Origin: Mytilus edulis
Taxonomy: Eukaryota
NCBI RefSeq assembly: GCF_963676685.1
Contig: NC_092349.1
Span: 59,706,001-59,770,000 of the forward strand
Reading direction: 5' to 3'
DNA length: 64,000 bases
The notes below the pieces were generated by a model. That model did not search any database. It was not told the DNA's origin and saw nothing but the letters and a program-made list of their open reading frames with translations. This document shows positions 51,021-61,350 of the stretch, in pieces. The position numbers and the translations under genes are program-made. Every line of letters starts with the position of its first letter. Within the stretch, counting starts at the first letter, position 1.

Positions 51021-54000
51021 CTAGGGTTGTAATTCTGGCAATGGTGCAGTACCGTACAACTGAAAAATATAAATTACAAAATAAGTCAAATAGATATAGG
51101 AAGATGTGGTGTGAGTGCCAATGAGACAACTCTCCATCCAAATAACAATTTATAAAAGTAAACCATGAATGACTTGTATCCTTTGTATTGAAACACTTCA
51201 TTTCAGAAATTTTAAATCCTCATTTGTTAAACTCATTAAAAAAAATTCATGAAATAGTTCCAGTTTATATGTCCTTTTAAAACATAACATCAGCGATAAA
51301 TTGTTGATGAATTGATCATTAATGTTGTCAGATAGAAACATGTATCAAAAAGTGAAACAAGAATGATGAAAGGAAGTTAAAACAATGATAACGTTTACTT
51401 ACATATGACATCAATGCAGCATACTCGTTGTGTTCCAAACAGTGATTGACTGAAAACAAAAACAAAAACAGTAAATAGGATTATACAAAATTGGAATTAA
51501 AATACTTTGTCTTTTATTTCTTCCCGTCGTTAATTACGGCGCAATTATGAATTATTTGGCCGTTGAGAAATATCCGTTTCACAGATGATAGTGGATATGT
51601 TCTTAATATCGCAAAAGGTTAAATACTTACTTCAGTAACATGACGGTGCCCCATGGTGAGGAGCAGGAATTGCTTACCATTCCGGAGCACCTGAGATCAC
51701 CATCATTTTTTGGTTGAGTTCGTATTGCTCTAGGTATTAAGTTTACTACGTTGTGTTTTGAGTTTTGTGTTTTCAAATTTGTTCTTTTTCTTTCTGTTTT
51801 TCTTTGTTGTGAGTTTTTTTTTCGATTGATAAATTTGAATATTCATTTTGCATCTTTCGCCTCTCTTATCTGAATGATTTTAAAAGTTGTAGAAAATAAA
51901 CCCGCGAAGTGATTTATGACTGAGTAGATTATCATGGCAGTTGACACAAGGTTCTATAGTTATATTGCCGCATTTTGGTGGATCAAACTATTCCAAATAA
52001 AACAGTCATTGATATTTTAATTGAGTCGTGTAACTGAAACAGGTTCTTAAGCTGCTTTCAATTTCACAAAAAAAAATCTTATGATAAGAAACTCTCTTAA
52101 TCATGAACATTTCAGTACTACATGTATGTACGATCTATTTTTGTCGTAAGATTTTTTTATGAAAAAAAATCCCGTGTACTATTTTTATATTACCATTATT
52201 GTCCAGGCGCTGGAAAAGGTTATTTAGGTCAGTACTGGACAATGCGCCGTCTTTATCCATGTCAAAATGTTGGAAAATGTGGACAACAATCTGGTGGTGC
52301 TCCTTATAGTTATGCTGCCATTGGTGAACAAATTCGTGCTCTGCTACAGACCCAGAATCTAATAAAATACATAAAAGGCTTATTTGCAAAAAATATGAAC
52401 AGTTTTAATGCATTTTTATCATGTACGTGCTTAGCTGATATGTCGTGTGTTGACGTCATTTATTATTGAAAGAAAGACGATGTTTTTACAGCAATTCAAA
52501 CAAGACTGAACCATACAGCCGATTGCATTGAGTGTGTAGGTAAAGTTAATATATTTGGTTAGCTTGCTTTCTAGCTGAACCGTGAAGTCATTATTAGGTA
52601 AAGCTAGTATACTACTCTCCTTTCGAAGTAGCCTAGTCCTACAGACAGATAGATTGATTATTTGTCGGACTAGTCTACCCTTAAAGGAGGGTAGTTTAAA
52701 ACCTAATGCAATCGGCTGTAAATTAAAACACATGCATCTTCCATGAAGTTCGATGGCCTTCATACAGGTAAAAATTTGAATAAAACTGACATGAGCAAAA
52801 ACATTACAACTGCACATAAGATATTATCGATTTTAGTTGAATCAATAAGAATAAATTCAAACAATGATACAACTATAGAAATATACAGTTGATGTGCACC
52901 AATCAGTTTGAAATTATTTGAAATAACCATAAAAAGATCAGATTTTTTAAAACTTAAATAAGTCGAGAATGACATAAAAAGAGAGGTACCATTTCAGGAA
53001 CCTGTAATTCAGTTGTTGTCGTTTGTGTTTCGTTCACTGTTTTTCAAATAAATCAGGTCGTTAGTTTTCTCATTTGAATGTTTACATTTGTCGTTTATAT
53101 CTGACTGTGTGGTATGGGTTTTGCTCATTGTTAAAGGCTGTACGATGACCTATAGTTGTAAACTTCTATGTCATTTGGTCTCTGGTGGAGAGTTGTCTCA
53201 CTGGCAATTATAGCACATCTTCATATTTTCATATTTACTACAGAATTAAGATAAACATTGTACAAGTAACACATAAGCCAAATATTAATAGTAATTGAAA
53301 GGGGAGGGGGGAATACGCAAATGCTAAACATGGTTTTGATTGAAAGGCTACAGGTCAGTTCTTATCTATATTTAACATGAACATCAATACTTTGGTTATC
53401 AAAAAGGAAGCAGTAACAATAAGAGTAGTAACAGTAATGATTATAATTGGCCGTTTAAGAATCTAAAGAATTATGGGTAATGACTGTCCCTTTGGTATCT
53501 TTCGTCCCTCTTTCATTGTTCGTACCCCAAAATGAAAATAACGTCACGTCAATGGTTGAATTTCCATGGTTTATGACATTTTTAACCAATCACGACGTTT
53601 TGGTGTACACTTTTGAAAATATTCCCCAGGATGCATTAGATTCTGAAACGGCGAATTGTTCGATGATTGACTAAATCGTTACTTATGAAGACTTGTCCCA
53701 TTGGCAATCATACAACATCTTCTTTTTCATATGAAAGACCACATTTGTTTTATGTTGAATCGACGTCATTAATATTTACTCACGGTCATGGTCGAATGAA
53801 GTAATAAATTCTGCCTGAAATTCTGTCAGTGACAAACAGTTGCTGTTGTCTAAATCTGCTAGTAGCCATAGTTTCTCAATAACTTCCGGAATAGTTAACC
53901 CACCATGTGGATGGGCGCTGTATTGATATAAAAGACGTTTTTAACATTTATCCCATTCACATTTAACATATGAAACATTTGTTATCGACTCCTAGGAGTC

Positions 54001-54729
54001 GATATTAGAATTGAACGATGGACAATCAGTGCGTGAATTTTTCTTGCTACCTGATTGGAAGATATTACGAGACGTAAATAAGCAAAGTTTATTGATTGAT
54101 TAGGACAATCCAAACCTAGTAAATGTCCTTCAATCCCGTAGAGTATCGGATTTGTCCTCTCTATTTTAGCAATTAGATTTTGCCTGGTCATTAATCATGC
54201 ATATTCATGATATTGGTTCACAGGTAACTTTTATCTATAAATAGTCGAATCTTCTGGAGTTTCGTAAACAACAACGTTAAACGATATATAATACTTCATA
54301 ACGTGTGACTTCAAGTGTGTGGTAAAATTTGTTGATTGATGCACGTGGCTATTCTAGTAAATGAATTAAGCTACAAAGCGAGAGCACTTTCCATTTTCAT
54401 CAGCTAAGAGTCGACTAGCCCTTTTTGAAAGGCTAATGCTTGTTTTACAATGTGATAAGATTGGTCTTTATGAATAAAAAAAATGCGGTTTACATTTTTC
54501 ATTGAGTTTGAAAGTTAAAAACATCTAATTTACATTTTGTATCAAAATAAAGAAACAAAATTCATTTCCTGAAACTACTATCATGACAATTTCATCAAAC
54601 TGCAAATATATACATTGTGCTTCATAAAATACGTCTTTTTAGGAAATGTTTATTGTTTAAGAAGAATAAAAAAACATACCACAAAATAAAACTAATTCCC
54701 AACAGAAATGTGAAAACAAATAACTTCAT
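51021..54729 (-). CDS. Secreted His-rich four-EF-hand calcium-binding protein, 144 aa
   Basis: Exons (minus): 54680-54729, 53784-53917, 52194-52358, 51403-51449, 51021-51059; total 435 nt. Protein: MKLFVFTFLLGISFILCA-HPHGGLTIPEVIEKLWLLADLDNSNCLSLTEFQAEFITSFDHDHSGSVAEHEFVHQWQHNYKEHHQIVVHIFQHFDMDKDGALSSTDLNNLFQRLDNNVNHCLEHNEYAALMSYLYGTAPLPELQP. Confidence 0.88.
51558..51868 (+). mobile_element. Old Naiad-type 3' fragment in EF-hand gene intron
   Basis: ggagcaggaattgcttaccattccggagcacctgagatcacc ... atctttcgcctctctt. Confidence 0.75.
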
Positions 54730-55081
54730 AATGACAGTTTGCACGCCAGATATGAAGATTAACGGAACTTACACGATATAAACCTTATCTTGTAATTGAC
54801 TACTACGTAAGCATTATGTACCTATAAACCTTTTCTACTGCTTCCTGATCTTGTCATTGAATTGAGTATATATGTACCGTAAATGTCCTTTTACATGCAA
54901 GAAGTTTCAAAACAAAGAAAAGTAAGGAAGGAGCATGCGCAGGTCTGCCAAACGAAATGCTATACCCACCTTTGACCTTCAACGACAGCTGGTGGTTGTA
55001 CTTAATTGATAAATATAGTAACGGTATGCATGTTTATCTTATCATTTGAATAGGACACGTTTTTCCTTTTAGAATAATACA

Positions 55082-58000
55082 ATGCAGTTCGTTTTACAGT
55101 TGTGCGTTCTTGTATTGTGTTTAGGGGTAAGTAATTGGGATGTTTCTTAAAATGCAGATTCAAGGTTAGACTGTTCTTGTACTTCTTTAGACAGACTGTG
55201 TCTGATATGTTTATGAAAACTGCTAGGTTACCAAAGATAGCGATAACCCTTTGACGTGTCAGTAAAGTGGCCATCAACTATTGTAAAGAGCGATAAAAAG
55301 AAAAGAGATTATAAATGGGCTAATAACAAATTTATGCAAGGAATATATATGTATGTCAAACGTTTCAACTTTAATAAGACTTGAGTTATATCTTGTTCTG
55401 TACTTCTATTCTGGAGCACGTCATTTGAATAATGTATACTTCATTAAATGAAATGATACATTGTAAAAGTATTTAATCACATTAAGCGTTCGATATTCGG
55501 ATTATTCGATACAATAAGGATAAGGGTTATTGCTTTATGTATTTGTCGACAAATAAATAACATGTAACATATTTGTTTCAGTTTATCTTGGGCACGGCCG
55601 CACCAAGAAACTGTAATTTACAAAAAGACTGTCATCACAATGAATGCTGTTTGAGCAATAACCCTCCACGAGGAAAAAGACAAAACAGCTATGGACACTG
55701 TGTACCATTGGGACATCACGGTGCCTGTAAGATATACTTAAAGTATTTGTTTTCCTTTTATAGTTATTGTAATATTGTGGAAGTAAACACGCTAACACTG
55801 TTAAAGTGGCCTCCGAATAGAGAAGGGTTTTGAAATATATTTTGTACATTATGTAATACGCTAAATATATATGAACGATGAAAGAGGCCTAATATACGAA
55901 GGGGCATTCACTCTCATAAGTCGACAACAAACTGACAACAGCATGGCAAAACAGCAAGAAAAGTCCAAAAGATGAACAACAGTGTACACACATCAACATT
56001 CAAAACTAACGACTGAGCAACACACTTACCACCATTTGTTATTCCAAACTTTTATGTCGTGCTGTATAAGATGTATCTTAATATATCTTTTAAGTAAAGT
56101 GTTCTTTTGTTGTTGCCTTTATGTTGTTTTTTCTCTTATATTTTATTGAAGATTAGTTAATTGAACATATTGTGGTAAATATTTGTATTATTGCTCAGCA
56201 TGTTGGATGATGAGAATTAGTACCATTAATTTATGTATGATTCAGTTTATAAACTGCACATGTTCCAAAGATAGCAATATGAAACTAAAAGAGGGACGAA
56301 AGATACCAAAGGGACAGTCAAACTCATAAATCTAAAACAAACTGACAACGCCATGGCTAAAAATAAAAAAGACAAACAGAAAAACAATAGTACACATGAC
56401 ACAACATAGAAAACTAAAGAATAAACAACACGAACCCCACCAAAAACTAGGGGTGATCTCAGGTGCTCCGGAAGGGTAAGCAGATCCTGCTCCACATGTG
56501 GCTCCCGTCGTGTTGCTTAAGTGATTACAAATCCGGTAAATAGTCTAATTCGGTAGGTCATATTCATGAAAGGGAAGGGGATTGTAGTTACGACGTAAGG
56601 AACATATCCGATATCATTTGTGAAACGGTTATTCCATAACGGTCAACCAACTCGTGATGGCGTCCGTAAAATTTACGAAGGGATGATTTCAACTTCACCA
56701 TTTGGAACTCTTGGTTTAATAGCTTCCTTGTGAGCAGCAAACCTCTATCAAGAAAATCATGATAGGAAATGCAAGCACGGGAATATCGTATCAATTGGGA
56801 GATATATACCCCGTATGCAGGTGCTGCTGGAATGTTGCTACTTAGAAATGGAAAGTTCACAATTGGAAAGCTGAAATCATCTCTTTTGTCGTAAAGTTTT
56901 GTTTTCAACCGACCCTCATTGTCAATTTCTAGATGAAAGTCAAGATATGAAGCCGACTTAACTGTATCTGTAGTATCCTTTATCTCTAGTTCGATTGGAT
57001 AGATGCGTTCCACATAGTCACCAAATTTTGAATTGTTTAGTGAAAGAACATCATCTATATAGCGGAAAGTAGAGTTAAAGGATATTGCTAACTTCTTATC
57101 TTTCTTCCTAAGAAGTTCCTGCATGAAGTCAGCCTCATAATAATAAAGAAACAAGTCGGCGAGTAGAGGGGCACAGTTTGTTCCCATTGGAATGCCGACA
57201 GTCTGTTGAAAAACACGTCCTCCGAACGTAACAAATATGTTGTCAATCAAGAAATCAAGCATCTTGATAATATCAGTTTCAGAGAATTTTTTGTTTGAAT
57301 CAGAGTGATTCTTTACAAAGTAGGATTTATCCCTCCCTAAGACAAGATACTTGTATCTACGTTGGCCATTCTTTTTTATGAAGCAAAGTAATATCAACTC
57401 TTTCAATTTGTCTTTTAGTTTGGAATGTGGAATACTTGTGTACAGGGTAGAAAAGTCAAATGTTTTAATACTGTTACAAGATGAAAGAGAGTTAGATTGT
57501 ATGTACTCTAAAAGATCTTTTGAATTTTTAAGTATCCACATCTGATTCACGCCACCTCTAGAATAGGCAGTTTCACAATAACTTTGAAGCCCGTCTTTGA
57601 TTGCTAATAAAATAGATGTTAATAATTTAGAAAGAGGTTTCGTGGAGCACTTGGAAGACCCAGCAATATACCGTTGTTTGTAAGGACACTTATGTAGTTT
57701 AGGTATCCAATACAGTGATGGAAGATCCAGTTCTTCATCTTTGGTTGAAATTCCAAAGGAACATAGAACAGACCTATGATTATCCAGGATTTCCTCTTTG
57801 GTAAGTGTCGTGAGGGTATATGTTGAGTTACCAAGTGAATTGTCAATACCTAATTCGTTTATCAAGCAGTTGATGTAGTGACTTTTACACACAAAAACGA
57901 TGTTATTTGGGGCTTTATCTGCAGGGACAACAACATATTTGTCATGGAGGTCGGATAGGTGTTTTGCAACATTTGGGTCCTTAAAGATTGACGTAGCATG

Positions 58001-60580
58001 GGCATTGATGGACCCATTCAGTTTCTTAATTCTGATTTGTATCAACGACCTCACTGCCTTAATCCATTCGGAAAGAGTGTCTACGTCTTCCTTCTCGCGC
58101 TTAGCCCATTGCCTGGCATAATCCTCGACTGAATCCATCAAAATTTTAAAGTTGTATTTCCAATTGATGGATTTAGGCTCACGATATTTGGGACCTTTCG
58201 ATAACACATTTCGTAGAGAAGTGTTATTAACAATGTTAAGGTCACCGGTAATAACGTGGCCAGCAGGATTATATGTGAATTTGGAACTAGCACAAGTGCA
58301 ATCAGGAGGTTTAGACTTGAAGTCGTCAATATCGAGATCCTGCAAAACGCGTTTGTAATTGAAAATTTTAGTTGCAATAGGTTTGGTATAGGTATAAGAA
58401 ATTATTGGTACAGACTGGTCTTTGAAATAAGGAGGTATTTTCGATTGCACTAATTTATGATGAAGGATATTGCCTAGGTTGACGCCATCGAGACCTTTGT
58501 TGGCAAAGGAAAGATTAAGAAAAGATCTTTTCTCTTTTTCATCTTTTCCAATGCGAACTGGCTTGAAAAGTCTGTGACTTGCAATATCCGAAATTATAGA
58601 TTCAAGTTTGTATTGGTTTGAATGAGGGTTTGTAACAGTGGATTCCAAACATAAATTGAACAGAGAATGAAGTTTCGAAAGGGGTAATGAATAAAGTTTC
58701 GTGCGAATGTGATGAATACCTAACGGCTTTTGTATGAATGGCAGCAAGTCATTAATAGAGACATCATGCAGAGAAGGTGATGTATAATGACGATGACCAT
58801 GACTGCGTCTACGTCGAGGAGTCGAGTTGAAAATATTCATCACATTCACCGAGTTACACGAAGGACTAGATAGAATACCTATACATATACCATCAATTTT
58901 GTCATTGCAGCCATAAGGTGTTGCAGTTCCCAATTGTCTAATCCAGTAGTCTTCTTTTTGTCTACGGAGAGTCGTTGAAAGATTAGGATTGTTAGAGCTA
59001 TGGTATATCTTTTCGATAATGCGAACTGTCATAGAAACGATGGAATGATCGGGCTGATTGAAATGCTGGTATAGAATGTCGTTAGCATTAAGGTTAATGT
59101 CTGATCTATGACCGCACATACGTTTGTTAAGCCTTCCTTTCGTTTCACCGACGTATACCAATCCGCAAAGGTTGCACTCTAATCCGTAGACGACATTTAT
59201 CGATTTACAATTCAGATCATCGTAACTTCTGGTAAAATATGACTTCTTGGTCAAATTGCTAGTGAATTCAGCATCTGTAATTAAAATAGCACAAGTTTTG
59301 CAGCCTTTGGTCTCACATTTTGAAATGCGACAGTGTTGTACTGTGTCATCAAACACCAAAATGTCTTTAAGGAGAACTGAACATGGCTGTATATGTGTAA
59401 TATTGCTATTGTCACTAGGACGATGATCTGAATGAGTCCTAAATGTTCCTTTTTCAGCATGTTATGTAGGATACGGATCAGCCTCTACTCCTCCTGATGC
59501 GGTTACCTATGCATGTCCATGTCAAAGTCCGCTAAAATGTATTGGTAAACAATTGATTGAGGTTCCACTCGGTGAAATTGGTAAATTTGTTCTTTTAGAA
59601 TTAATCCAAAAATTACGATATGAACAGACCACCAAGTCGAAAATTTCAAAATATTTAAAGCTAAACAGTTGTAAAACAAGTCTGAAAAACAATGAATTAA
59701 AATGCGAAACTAAAACATATAAATCTAAAGTATTTTAAATAAAAACTAATTCAAAAGTCTCTGGTGATCTTAAGTGGTAAATAATTATAAAAAGTAAAAT
59801 CACAAAAATACTGAACTCAGAGGAAAATTCAAAAAGAAAACTCCTTAATCAAATGACAAAATCAAAAGCTCAAACAAATCAAACAAATTGTCATATTCCT
59901 AACTTGGACAGGCTTTTTTCTTATTTGGAAAATAGTGGATTAAACCTGGTTTTAAAGCTAGCTAAACCTCTCACTTGTATGACAGTCACATCAAACTCAA
60001 TTCTATTGAAAATGTTGTGTGAACAAACAGACATATTAAGTAAACATGTCAAAAATAGGGGAACAGCACTCAACATTAATTTATAATCTTAATGACATAG
60101 AAACTAACAAATATGTAACAAAGAAGCACAAAATGGCATATAGACCATGTTGACCAAGCATATAAGCAAAAATTAAAGACAAGTCTACATAAAATAACCA
60201 TAGCACAATAACAGAATAACGGGGATGTATAAGTACTTTAGATTATTCATATGTACATTTATTTCACTTAAATTTCATTTGGTTTTCTTCTGTTTTCTCC
60301 TTTATCTATTTATGTTTTATCTTTTAAAATTAAAGAATACATTTTTCTCCTCGTCCTTCGTCCTTCTTCCATTTTTGGAAAATCAAACATTCATACAAAG
60401 TCACTATTATACATAACATGATGGAAGCAGTCACGTTTTTTTCAATTGATGCTTTTTAAGGAATTTTCATTAATTAATCATAACAAGAGAATTGAGTTAA
60501 TAATATTATCATTGTTTGACATTTCTGAACTCTTAATAAGTTGTCGTTTTTTTTTGTTTTTTTCAGGAACATGTGGTTAA
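55082..60580 (+). CDS. Secreted 10-cysteine prokineticin/astakine/colipase-fold protein, 108 aa
   Basis: Exons 55082-55126, 55582-55726, 59458-59580, 60567-60580; total 327 nt. Protein: MQFVLQLCVLVLCLGFILGTAAPRNCNLQKDCHHNECCLSNNPPRGKRQNSYGHCVPLGHHGASCYVGYGSASTPPDAVTYACPCQSPLKCIGKQLIEVPLGEIGTCG. C-x5-C-x4-CC, CxPLGxxGxxC and CPCxxxLxC are family signatures. Confidence 0.88.
56287..59440 (-). mobile_element. Penelope-like retroelement, Naiad type (N-terminal GIY-YIG, CxC linker, RT), 5'-truncated
   Basis: Single open frame 56588 to ~59440 plus ~300-bp 3' UTR ending ttcgtccctctttt; lies antisense in intron 2 of the prokineticin-like gene. Confidence 0.93.
56588..59359 (-). CDS. Naiad GIY-YIG endonuclease / reverse transcriptase polyprotein (frame stays open upstream to the insertion junction; no ATG)
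   Basis: VVYGLECNLCGLVYVGET...H...H (GIY-YIG with CCHH), PPDCTCASS (CxC), TFDFSTLYT, QTVGIPMGTNCAPLLADLFL, FRYIDDV. Confidence 0.92.
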   Translation of the reverse strand: MVFDDTVQHCRISKCETKGCKTCAILITDAEFTSNLTKKSYFTRSYDDLNCKSINVVYGLECNLCGLVYVGETKGRLNKRMCGHRSDINLNANDILYQHFNQPDHSIVSMTVRIIEKIYHSSNNPNLSTTLRRQKEDYWIRQLGTATPYGCNDKIDGICIGILSSPSCNSVNVMNIFNSTPRRRRSHGHRHYTSPSLHDVSINDLLPFIQKPLGIHHIRTKLYSLPLSKLHSLFNLCLESTVTNPHSNQYKLESIISDIASHRLFKPVRIGKDEKEKRSFLNLSFANKGLDGVNLGNILHHKLVQSKIPPYFKDQSVPIISYTYTKPIATKIFNYKRVLQDLDIDDFKSKPPDCTCASSKFTYNPAGHVITGDLNIVNNTSLRNVLSKGPKYREPKSINWKYNFKILMDSVEDYARQWAKREKEDVDTLSEWIKAVRSLIQIRIKKLNGSINAHATSIFKDPNVAKHLSDLHDKYVVVPADKAPNNIVFVCKSHYINCLINELGIDNSLGNSTYTLTTLTKEEILDNHRSVLCSFGISTKDEELDLPSLYWIPKLHKCPYKQRYIAGSSKCSTKPLSKLLTSILLAIKDGLQSYCETAYSRGGVNQMWILKNSKDLLEYIQSNSLSSCNSIKTFDFSTLYTSIPHSKLKDKLKELILLCFIKKNGQRRYKYLVLGRDKSYFVKNHSDSNKKFSETDIIKMLDFLIDNIFVTFGGRVFQQTVGIPMGTNCAPLLADLFLYYYEADFMQELLRKKDKKLAISFNSTFRYIDDVLSLNNSKFGDYVERIYPIELEIKDTTDTVKSASYLDFHLEIDNEGRLKTKLYDKRDDFSFPIVNFPFLSSNIPAAPAYGVYISQLIRYSRACISYHDFLDRGLLLTRKLLNQEFQMVKLKSSLRKFYGRHHELVDRYGITVSQMISDMFLTS
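59790..60240. repeat. Interspersed repeat (aaaagtaaaatcacaaaaatactgaac-tail family), long copy
   Basis: Reverse complement of copies at 19790-19945 and 14600-14835; similar copies at 13120-13260, 21300-21440 and 38920-39300. Confidence 0.75.
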
Positions 60581-60937
60581 AAAGATTATGTTAAATTCCG
60601 GATATTATAATACAGGACTGTATAATAGTTCTTACTTGAACACTTGATGTATCGTTATGAGAACAGTTACTTAATATGTATTTGATACTGAAACGTGAAT
60701 TAAAGTTATTTAAATTAATCTATTGTTATTTTGTTCTTTTATTGTAGTATATCCGCCTTCACTTTTTCTTTATTCCATGAAGTGCGCCATGAATTTTCAC
60801 ATCATATTCTCTCTCATGTTTTGGAAGAGGAACGAAGTTATTATGATTAAATATAGAATTGTTTATTGTATGCAAAAATTATGCGGAAAGTATCAGTTGC
60901 TTTTTACGAAGCAAAGCAATACCAACTCTTTCAATTA

Positions 60938-61350
60938 CTAGTGTACAGAGTAGAAAAGTCAAATGTTTTAATACTGTTACAAGATGAAAGAGAGTTAGAT
61001 TGTATGTACTCTAAAAGATCTTTGGAATTTTTAAGTATCCACATCTGATTCACGCCCCCTCTAGAATAGGCAGTTTCACAATAACTCTGAAGCCCGTCTT
61101 TGATTGCTGGTAGAATAGATGTTAATAATTTAGAAAGAGGTTTCGTGGAGCACTTGGAGGACCCAGCAATATACCGTTGTTTGTAAGGACACTTATGTAG
61201 TTTAGGTATTCAATACAGAGATGGCAGATCCAGTTCTTCATCTTTGGTTGAAATTCCAAAGGAACACAGAACAGACCTATGATTATCCAAGATTTCCTCT
61301 TTGGTAAGTGTCGTGAGGGTATATGTTGAGTTTCCAAGTGAATTGTCAAT
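60938..61350 (-). mobile_element. Internal RT fragment of the same young Naiad family
   Basis: Highly similar to 57437-57849; lacks both element ends. Confidence 0.9.

Noticed and set aside
52122-52817. ORFs 52122-52469 (+) and 52431-52817 (-)
   Set aside because: An antisense shadow of an EF-hand exon and an intronic chance ORF with no motifs.
53925-54230. Plus-strand TATA/ATG (53970) or donor at 54223 as first exon of the prokineticin-like gene
   Set aside because: Early stop or no signal peptide; exon 55082-55126 gives a clean phase-0 signal peptide, and 53918-53940 is the EF-hand acceptor on the other strand.
56588-59440. Selenoprotein-type Naiad (in-frame UGA plus SECIS)
   Set aside because: The frame has no in-frame TGA and Cys motifs use normal codons; I saw no convincing SECIS.
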